Part shown: positions 56,318 to 64,000 of the stretch, one piece after another | Position numbering within the stretch: position 1 is the first letter of the stretch | Layout: every line of letters starts with the position of its first letter | Notes under the pieces: model-generated | The model's input: only the letters and a program-made list of their open reading frames with translations | The model's database searches: none | Told to the model about the DNA's origin: nothing | Position numbers and translations under genes: made by a program | Virus record (IMG/VR): IMGVR_UViG_3300034375_013346 | Location: 50,612 to 114,611 of that record | Strand: one strand, 5' to 3' | Origin: a virus | DNA: 64,000 bases

Positions 56318-57958
56318 TTAAAAAATACTTCCCCCAATTTGTACTTGAGAACCAGTTAGCTGATAACTAACCAGGTCATTGACCACTTTAAGACACCCGC
56401 TACAAGTAGCTGCTGCACTTACAGTACCAGCGAAAGGTAAAATTTTAGGGTTGCCACTTAAAAGTGCAGTCAACGCGGCGGAATTATCGTCAATTTCTAA
56501 CTTATTTATATCAGTGCTCTTTATCAACAACTTAAGCCCATAGAAATTAAAAGGATCACCTCCAGAATCAACATTAAATCTACTTAGTGCTACAGCTTCG
56601 ATATCCCCAGTTCCCCCCGGAAAATTAGAAACAAAGGCAGAATTCAACTGAGAAGCAACACCTAAATCAGGACCAACATCCTGCATGGAATAGAATTCTC
56701 CCGCTGTCCCTGGGGCATTACCAATTCCAGAGTTTCCATTCATGGTAACGGTAAAGCTTCCGGTAGATCCGCTAGCCAACGAATAGTTAAAAGTTATCTC
56801 ATAAGATGTGCCAGAGAATCCTCTATTTGTAAAAAACAGAGTAGAATATACAACTGGATCATTCCCAGAAAGACCCGTATACGTAAAATTAGTACCCGGG
56901 AACCCTCTGCTGATTATCGTTACTAACTGAGCAGAATGCATAATCGGATATCTGCTCCCGATGATCTCAGCAACAAGATCCTCAGTATACCCATAGTTAT
57001 CTATTAAATTGGTCACAAATGGACCAACGGAGAAAAATATGGTATCCACACTTCCATATCCTAGTATGTAATTTCCGCTTGCAACAGTAGGGACAGTGCC
57101 ACCATACAAGGGGGGATTAAGACAAGTAAAACAATCAGTAATATCTCCCCATCCTTTGCTATACATACTGGTACCTATAGTAGCCATACCCGTACATCTT
57201 ATTTTGACGTCCTCCTGGGTTGAATGAAAGAACTTGATCGGCTGAATTCCAGATCCGCTAGCTCCAGGCTTTATAGACATAATAGCCTCGTCAGGAGAAA
57301 GTCCTATTGCGGATGTTCTGTATGTAGTGCTATAAACTGGGGATTCTTCCGTATAACTTGTCAATGGAATAATTGGATAATTGGCATTTATATAGTAATT
57401 TTCAATGGGACCGATCTTAGATACGGTATAGGTCTTAGAAACAGTATCAAAAGCAGTGGGGGAGGAAGCAATGGCAGTTAGCTGAACAGTAACAGTCCTT
57501 GTTGTTCCTGGCGGATCCAAAGGGGAAGCACCCGGTACATCAACCCAATCATCATACTGAAACCCAGTCACGTTTTGTGTTGTAAAGACGTCAGTACCTA
57601 CGAACCAAGCCCACGCAACAGGATCATTAGGAGATCCTGTACTCGTATCATAAAACTCGTTCACCTGCGACATCAACCTTGAGGTATACAATCTGCTGAA
57701 ATTTGCGTTCATTATAGCAGGGTTAACTGTCACCAAACCACTCTGCAATAAATAGGAATTAACCCCAGCATTATCAGTTACATCCAGCCTAACGTTGTAA
57801 TCACCAGCTGAAGCATAGGTAACTGAAGCAGTAGCTCCAGTAGCAGAGGATGGGGTTCCACCACTAAATTGCCAGGAATACTGGTAAGGTGGAGTTCCTC
57901 CTGAGGTTGTGTCAGTAAAGATTATCTGTTGTCCTTGGTAAATGGTTATATTAGACAT
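56318..57958 (-). CDS. PKD-domain virion protein
   Basis: FTDTTSGG..PY.YSW.F.GG.P...VTY...GDY.V.L.VTD. Confidence 0.75.
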   Translation of the reverse strand: MSNITIYQGQQIIFTDTTSGGTPPYQYSWQFSGGTPSSATGATASVTYASAGDYNVRLDVTDNAGVNSYLLQSGLVTVNPAIMNANFSRLYTSRLMSQVNEFYDTSTGSPNDPVAWAWFVGTDVFTTQNVTGFQYDDWVDVPGASPLDPPGTTRTVTVQLTAIASSPTAFDTVSKTYTVSKIGPIENYYINANYPIIPLTSYTEESPVYSTTYRTSAIGLSPDEAIMSIKPGASGSGIQPIKFFHSTQEDVKIRCTGMATIGTSMYSKGWGDITDCFTCLNPPLYGGTVPTVASGNYILGYGSVDTIFFSVGPFVTNLIDNYGYTEDLVAEIIGSRYPIMHSAQLVTIISRGFPGTNFTYTGLSGNDPVVYSTLFFTNRGFSGTSYEITFNYSLASGSTGSFTVTMNGNSGIGNAPGTAGEFYSMQDVGPDLGVASQLNSAFVSNFPGGTGDIEAVALSRFNVDSGGDPFNFYGLKLLIKSTDINKLEIDDNSAALTALLSGNPKILPFAGTVSAAATCSGCLKVVNDLVSYQLTGSQVQIGGSIF

Positions 57959-57973
57959 ATTTCTTCTCTATTA

Positions 57974-60900
57974 TTAAGGTCCGGTTGCATAGGTGAAAGA
58001 AACTACCAACGGAGGAGGTGCACCTGGCATTGTGGCAGGAGCTGGCGCAGTCCCACCAGAGACCGATGCATCATAAAATGCAGGATCTATTGGCCCAGAG
58101 GTGGTCAAATAAGCAGTGGCTCCAGTTGGAATTGTTCTATAGTAAAAATTGGTTATGTTTACATCATTCGATGAATTTAGCTGGGACGAGGCAGAACCTA
58201 GGGTAAGATATGACGTGGAACCCGTGCCACCATCCTTAGCAAATGTGACCCCTGTGGGCAGCGGATAATTATCAGCTCCCATACTCAATTCAATATGATC
58301 TCCAGGTTTAATACTATGAATCTCGTATCCACCTAGCCATCCGCTTTCATATCCAAAATCAGCCCAAGAGTGAGCGTAAGCTTCATTCCAAGACGAATCA
58401 GTAAAAGTTTCCCAATTCAGAAATTTAGTACCAAAGTACTTGAGATTCTCAACTGGTAAATCTCCATTTGCAGGATCCCAGGAAACATAAGCTGTACCTC
58501 CAGTAATTCCGCCTCCCAAATTGGGATCGCTAGATACGAGGGATAGGGAACCAGATAGATTAACTCGTAATTTATCGCCATTCCCAATATTTCCGCTCTC
58601 AGCATCAGCTACTATGTTTACTGTAGCAGGAATATTATCAGGATAAAAAGATTGTGCAAAATAATCTGGCTGAGTATAAACTCGGTTGATCTCCGTTATT
58701 ATTCCATTGACGGTGGATTGCAAGTTAGATCCGGAAGACGTTGCACCTATTATGCGATCGTTTATATAAACCTCTATTTGACCCCCACCCGTAGTCTTTT
58801 GACTTGGGTATGAATCAGGTAAGACATAGTATGCAGTAGCACCTATAAGGGAACCTGTACCGGAGGTAGCACCAACTCCGGATTGATTGCTCAGGATATA
58901 AGGAACAGTAAAACTGTATCCGGTAGCGCCGTCGGGAATTGAGGTAATTGCCCACGATTTATTTAGATCATCTATCGATCCACTAATATAAACAGTTTGA
59001 CCTCCGATAAAATTATGGGGTTGAACCGTATGTACAGTAGCATATCCGTATTGACCCCCGCTAATTAGCAAAGAATACACATATCTAATATCCAAAATTT
59101 CCTGGTTGATGGTAAAGTTACCCGAAGCACCTACTCCTTCAGTATATTTACTAACGCTAAGTTTTTGCCCATCTATAGCATTATTACCATATACAGCAAA
59201 ATCCAATATCTCCTCAGGGATTTCTTTTGCAACCTGGTCAAAAGTCTTACCTTCTGAAGGATACTCCCAAATTGAATTATATGAGTTCCATGTCCTAATA
59301 GTCTGATCCCAGAGATAATTCTCATTTTCTCTATATCTGGTCCAACCATCTATCAATATGCTCCTCGGGGATACCTCTATGGTAGATTTTTTTATTTTAA
59401 CATTCTTAAAATTAAAAGAATCGTAAAGGTTACATGTAACGTCATAGGTTCCAACATAAGGTAAGAAGTGGGCTAACTTATAATAATCCATAGCGTAGCC
59501 TCTCCTGGAGAAATAATATGGGCTGCCCTCTTGTGTGGGTGATTTTGTTATCTCCCACTCTATCTCATTATATGCAGAAAAATCTATAGATGACCAAGTT
59601 AAAGCTTTACTGCTAAATGTAAATGTCGGAAGGGTTAAAGCATCCCATGTCATTCCCATCTCATCCCAAACCCATCTATCTACACCTAGCTCTAAAATTA
59701 CTGGCATTCCCAGAGGATTTAGATATTTATTACCAGTGGTTCTATTTAAATCAATCACGGGATCATTAACGTCATCACCCAGATTTTTTAGCATCTCATT
59801 CTCCTTTATGTAGTAAAAATTAGAGATAGCGTTGATCATCCTTCTATTTTGCTCCGGCGTGTATATCTGACCATTAGAGAGAGGATTCACATCGTTACCA
59901 AAGTCCGATATACTGGAATCAATAATGTTAATTGATCCATTAAGCAAGGAACTAGTAGTGGAATAGTAATATAAATTGTCAGATTCCTGAGGATTAACAT
60001 CTATTGTTACAGTTCCCCCTGTAGCTCCGTTATTTGATACACCTAGGGGATCTATCTGGGTAAGACCTGGATCCGTTGTCAAGTACAAGTCATAAGCATA
60101 AGAACCCTGGGTAAGGTTTAGCTTATATTTTTTACCTCTCATTAACGAGAGGGCTGGGTTAAAACCAGTAATACCATTAACTATGAAAGCATTCCCGGAT
60201 GGACCAGTTGCAGCAAAATTCAAATCAACCACATCGTAGTAGTTCATAGGAGCCTGCACAGAAGTCTTGCTTGGTCTCGTACCAAAAGCTCTAAGATCCT
60301 CTATAAACCCAAAATCTGGGTTTGGGGTAAATTCTATATTATTACCAATGTCTATATCCTCCCTTTCCAGTACATCCGTCCAGGCCTTGGTATTATAAAC
60401 ATTGTAATAAACACCCTCCCCAGTAATATCAATGATTCTAGCATTAAGTGGCAAATACGAATTCTTAAGCCTCTCCTTGAGAGCAAATAATTTAACAAGA
60501 ACTTCCTCTTGAGTAAAAGCAAAGGCCTCCGGTGTATTTGGATATCCGTAATCATCCTCAGTAGGTGCAGTGGTGTTTATATTATAATAGAGACCAAAAA
60601 GAGATGTCTTTTTGTAAGTTCTGCTAGGCACCAAGGTATTTTCAGACGAAATATCTAGCACATATTCGCCATCTGAGTTCGGCCCATAGGTCTGCTCCAA
60701 TCTGTACTTCCCGGTGTTCTCATTATCAAAAACATCAGCAATAAGATTAGACTGATTAGGGACTGGAGTATTACCATACTTATTAAGAAACATCTTATTC
60801 TCCTCCAGAGGAGATAGATTTAGCTTGTTGTATCTTAGATTGAGCCAGTACTCTTTTATTCTCAGATCTTGATAGCCAAAGAATTTTAAAGCACCTATGA

Positions 60901-62026
60901 GTCCCTTATAGCTTCCTATGTACGGGAATATATCATCCCCGGCAACCATGAGTTCCTTCCTCTTCTCATTTATTTCAACGTAATCAGGCAAGGGTTCAGA
61001 GGGATCATGCTCTCTTAGTATGGGTGAGTCGCTACCGAAAAAAGCCCTACCCAAATTATTGGTCAAAACATTGAGTCTTGAGTCCTCACCTATTACCTGC
61101 CCATAAAATAAAACCTCCGCAATCTTTTCTGCACCCCCCGAGGTTATGTCCTCTATAATTAACTTCCTCTCATATATTTCAGCAGCAAAATCAGGGGCAC
61201 TAAGTGCAACATTAACTGAGATAGCTCTAGATGGTGTACCCGCCTCCGGTGTAACAATATACCCATTGCTATAAGAATCTGTGACATCCTTAATTATGGG
61301 AATTGCTATATTCTCGTAATTTATTATTGATGGATCCCCGCCTAAATCAGGGTCATTCTCGGTTATTTTGTAAGTGAATAAGACATCCGTAACGTCAGTA
61401 TTTCCGTAGGTATCGTTTTCCCATCTAGTTCTCCACAAAGGATCATTGGATGAACCTGTGGAGCCAGTGTGAGGAACTCCTAGAAAATCAGATCCGGTTA
61501 CGCTATCTTTAAATTGCTGAACTACGAATATCTGTTCATTCTCATAAAGACCAGCAGAAACTGGGTCAAAGAATATGGAGCCAGTGAAATATCCGCCAGG
61601 CAAATCTGAGGTTATACACTCTATATAAGCTGTATTATCATTAGATATGGTGGTTACCCCAATAACCCTGGATAGATTTATTTTAAGTATGGATCCAGAT
61701 ATTACAATCGAGGATATATCACCCTGCAGAATATTAGCTGGATAAAAAGTTACCTTAAGGGTTAGCTTTCCTCCCTGGGAAACATTAGAATTAACCGAAT
61801 TAGCCCAAGCAGTTAAATCATAACCATTCATATCCTTCTTGTTCATATAAAGAACATTTGAAGAAATATCAAATAAGGATATCCTCCCTTGGGGAGGATT
61901 AGCATCGGTGGACCTAGATTCGTAGTTGAAGTTATAAGTTAACGGTGCAGCTGCAGTAGCTCCAACATACTCAAAATTTAAAGGTTCTCCCTTTTTATCA
62001 AAAAATTTAAGGTGCCGATTTGCCAT
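57974..62026 (-). CDS. Baseplate wedge protein (T4 gp7/P2 gpI-like)
   Basis: IGSYKGLIGALKFFGY..L.IKEYW motif; downstream of the gp6-like gene. Confidence 0.65.
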   Translation of the reverse strand: MANRHLKFFDKKGEPLNFEYVGATAAAPLTYNFNYESRSTDANPPQGRISLFDISSNVLYMNKKDMNGYDLTAWANSVNSNVSQGGKLTLKVTFYPANILQGDISSIVISGSILKINLSRVIGVTTISNDNTAYIECITSDLPGGYFTGSIFFDPVSAGLYENEQIFVVQQFKDSVTGSDFLGVPHTGSTGSSNDPLWRTRWENDTYGNTDVTDVLFTYKITENDPDLGGDPSIINYENIAIPIIKDVTDSYSNGYIVTPEAGTPSRAISVNVALSAPDFAAEIYERKLIIEDITSGGAEKIAEVLFYGQVIGEDSRLNVLTNNLGRAFFGSDSPILREHDPSEPLPDYVEINEKRKELMVAGDDIFPYIGSYKGLIGALKFFGYQDLRIKEYWLNLRYNKLNLSPLEENKMFLNKYGNTPVPNQSNLIADVFDNENTGKYRLEQTYGPNSDGEYVLDISSENTLVPSRTYKKTSLFGLYYNINTTAPTEDDYGYPNTPEAFAFTQEEVLVKLFALKERLKNSYLPLNARIIDITGEGVYYNVYNTKAWTDVLEREDIDIGNNIEFTPNPDFGFIEDLRAFGTRPSKTSVQAPMNYYDVVDLNFAATGPSGNAFIVNGITGFNPALSLMRGKKYKLNLTQGSYAYDLYLTTDPGLTQIDPLGVSNNGATGGTVTIDVNPQESDNLYYYSTTSSLLNGSINIIDSSISDFGNDVNPLSNGQIYTPEQNRRMINAISNFYYIKENEMLKNLGDDVNDPVIDLNRTTGNKYLNPLGMPVILELGVDRWVWDEMGMTWDALTLPTFTFSSKALTWSSIDFSAYNEIEWEITKSPTQEGSPYYFSRRGYAMDYYKLAHFLPYVGTYDVTCNLYDSFNFKNVKIKKSTIEVSPRSILIDGWTRYRENENYLWDQTIRTWNSYNSIWEYPSEGKTFDQVAKEIPEEILDFAVYGNNAIDGQKLSVSKYTEGVGASGNFTINQEILDIRYVYSLLISGGQYGYATVHTVQPHNFIGGQTVYISGSIDDLNKSWAITSIPDGATGYSFTVPYILSNQSGVGATSGTGSLIGATAYYVLPDSYPSQKTTGGGQIEVYINDRIIGATSSGSNLQSTVNGIITEINRVYTQPDYFAQSFYPDNIPATVNIVADAESGNIGNGDKLRVNLSGSLSLVSSDPNLGGGITGGTAYVSWDPANGDLPVENLKYFGTKFLNWETFTDSSWNEAYAHSWADFGYESGWLGGYEIHSIKPGDHIELSMGADNYPLPTGVTFAKDGGTGSTSYLTLGSASSQLNSSNDVNITNFYYRTIPTGATAYLTTSGPIDPAFYDASVSGGTAPAPATMPGAPPPLVVSFTYATGP

Positions 62027-62028
62027 CT

Positions 62029-62559
62029 TTAGAATACTCTCTTATTATTAAATGGTACCGTGTAATTGAAAGAATTTCTTATCTGCTTTACGGACTCAAC
62101 TAAAGCAAAAACAACCCTCTGTAGATAATAGAGTATCTCAGATTTCTTAGGATCTCTAAATATCACATTAGACATGGTGTTTTGGAAAATCTTCTCCTTA
62201 TAATCATAGCCACTTCTTATATTATCATAGGAAGAGTCCCGTATATCGAATAGATTATCCGTAGGATCAAATTGGTAGTACCTCCTCTGCATATTATTAC
62301 CCTGGATTTTCTTCATGATTCCTGTGTATGTATCATTGCTAGAGCAAGGACCATATAGGGTATCACCCTTTGAGCTAACCGTCACCTTTCTATAACCACT
62401 ACATCCAATGTTATAGGATCTCTCCTGTGCCCTTGATATCGTTTTGTAAAGGTCATCGGGGGTTTTAAAAACGGGGGTCTGCGTTTTAAATGCTATATTA
62501 CTCGTAGTGAACGAATATACCTTCTCTCTTTCCAAATATGGGCTATAATCTCTTTTCAT
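62029..62559 (-). CDS. Hypothetical baseplate-region protein
   Basis: 176-aa ORF between the wedge genes. Confidence 0.55.
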   Translation of the reverse strand: MKRDYSPYLEREKVYSFTTSNIAFKTQTPVFKTPDDLYKTISRAQERSYNIGCSGYRKVTVSSKGDTLYGPCSSNDTYTGIMKKIQGNNMQRRYYQFDPTDNLFDIRDSSYDNIRSGYDYKEKIFQNTMSNVIFRDPKKSEILYYLQRVVFALVESVKQIRNSFNYTVPFNNKRVF

Positions 62560-62560
62560 A

Positions 62561-64000
62561 TTACCTATTTGAAGCTATTAGATTTGCCTTCGCCTGTGAA
62601 TTAAGTTCGTTCATATAATTTCTAGGATTAACAGAAGCGATGGAGATGTTAAGAGCAGACGGTTTGCCCGAGACAATACCCTCCTGGTACTCTACACCAT
62701 TACGATCCTGCCATCCTCCTCTCATCAAAACTAATTCGTCCCTCTGTATTATTATATCACCAAAATCATCAAGACCGATCTGTCTATTCCTTTGTGCAGC
62801 GCTTGCATTTTTGAGACCATCAATAGTTCTGTGATAATTTTCATTTTCCTCTCCAATAAAATAGAAAGAAACTGAATCAATACCCTCAATAGATTCGAGT
62901 ATTGCTATTATATCAGACTTTGGTATTCTGTCCCTTCTTTTATTATTCAGCATATACTCGGAAATGGATGTCCTAACCTTATCCTTTATAATCTCAGGGT
63001 CATTTCCTTCGAATATGGAGATAATAACATTCCCGATAAACCTTCTTATCCTAGGCTCTATGATTTTAACAACAGTGGTAGCTATCATCCTTCCAGAATC
63101 CTCTATTAGATTCAATATCGAAAGCCTTTGTGAATTGGTCAGAAGGAAGCTTGTCTCCGGGATATCAAAATAATCCTGGTTACTAGTCATAGTAATAGTA
63201 ACATCAGGCACAAGAAATATGTAAACCACATTATCATCATCCAAATACTCATCATCAAAGGTAGAAAAGGCCTGTATCTGTGAGAATATATTAAATTTCT
63301 GTAGGTAGATCTCATAATTTTCAGCATTGGCAAACACAAAAGCACGGCTAGTTTTCGGAGCAACTAACCTGGTAACTTCAATAGGCTCCGGATCTGAACC
63401 AAATGAGGGATCGAGTACACCGGTCACCCTAACATAATCATCTAAGTTAACAGTATTCCCAAATAAATCCTCCCCACTATCCATAAATTTATAGGTAAGT
63501 ATCTGGTCCTCTCTACTCTGGAGATTTCCGCTAAATCCAGATGTTTGTAAATACTCTACCCTTATCGTAGCCCCTTGCTGAGGAACTTTACCGAAATTAG
63601 AATTACCAAAGTAGATATCTATTCCCTCCTGTATACCACTCTTAACCAAGTATCCCTCTTTGTTTAGCGGGATATCATAAAGGGATTCATATCTTTCCCA
63701 TTTATTCCCATTCACATATACATCAACATAGAACTGATCTATCAGTGCACCAGCTTTGGAGGGTAAGTTAAAGCTCTGAAGAGCTCTCCCGGTGCCAGTA
63801 AAAGTTGAGGACCCAAAAGATCCCTGTACTATCTTGAAGTTAAAAACAGTAGATCTATTAAGAGGTATCTTCACTGAAGGAGACCCAAGGATCAGCGAAT
63901 AAGGAAGACCATTTTGTATACACTGAATTCTGGGTGTCCCCTTAAGAATTACCGCACCCCCACCAACATCAGATTCCCGAAGATTCCACCCCAGTGAAAT
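62561..64000 (-). CDS. Baseplate wedge subunit (T4 gp6/baseplate J-like); 5' end beyond the window
   Basis: Frame open to 64000; IYFGN..FGK.P..G..I.V.Y..T.G..GN and G.DPE.IE..R..AP.......NYE motifs. Confidence 0.8.
   Translation of the reverse strand: MSLGWNLRESDVGGGAVILKGTPRIQCIQNGLPYSLILGSPSVKIPLNRSTVFNFKIVQGSFGSSTFTGTGRALQSFNLPSKAGALIDQFYVDVYVNGNKWERYESLYDIPLNKEGYLVKSGIQEGIDIYFGNSNFGKVPQQGATIRVEYLQTSGFSGNLQSREDQILTYKFMDSGEDLFGNTVNLDDYVRVTGVLDPSFGSDPEPIEVTRLVAPKTSRAFVFANAENYEIYLQKFNIFSQIQAFSTFDDEYLDDDNVVYIFLVPDVTITMTSNQDYFDIPETSFLLTNSQRLSILNLIEDSGRMIATTVVKIIEPRIRRFIGNVIISIFEGNDPEIIKDKVRTSISEYMLNNKRRDRIPKSDIIAILESIEGIDSVSFYFIGEENENYHRTIDGLKNASAAQRNRQIGLDDFGDIIIQRDELVLMRGGWQDRNGVEYQEGIVSGKPSALNISIASVNPRNYMNELNSQAKANLIASNR

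Noticed and set aside
1-64000. Alternative genetic code (TAG/TGA recoding, as in some jumbo phages)
   Set aside because: Conserved genes are full-length in code 11 with dense packing, and TAA, TAG and TGA all act as stops at sensible ends.
1-64000. CRISPR array, tRNA/rRNA genes, integrase or transposase
   Set aside because: Intergenic gaps are about 110 bp or less and contain only terminators and promoter motifs; I saw no regular repeats or cloverleafs.

Overview
A 64-kb segment of a large T4-like (myovirus/jumbo-type) phage genome. It uses the standard genetic code and almost all genes are on the minus strand. The host is probably Bacteroidota, based on an Hc1-like histone, DUF4494, DUF2452, a Bacteroidota/eukaryote-type NrdAB and A-rich leaders without Shine-Dalgarno motifs. 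The left half (1-31 kb) holds replication, nucleotide-metabolism and accessory genes: topoisomerase II (partial), NrdAB, dUTPase/dCTPase, the N-terminal half of a split family-B polymerase, UvsW, UvsY, primase, gp32 SSB, RuvC-like resolvase, adenylate kinase, amidase, MBD4-like glycosylase, Hsp20 and several nucleotidyltransferases. The right half (31-64 kb) is a tail/baseplate module interrupted by an inverted GT2+PhoH pair. The standout feature is a tightly coupled five-gene cassette inside the replication module (sugar nucleotidyltransferase, cupin, divergent form-IV RuBisCO-like protein, PI-PLC/GDPD-like phosphodiesterase, GT-like protein), a candidate new phage sugar-modification pathway. 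Other signals: a dispersed G-x-T-G motif throughout the virion proteins (possible glycosylation sequon), a T4 capsid-targeting-like leader on about 10 proteins including enzymes, and a recurrent GATATATA putative late promoter. All calls come from motif recognition by eye; no database searches were run.
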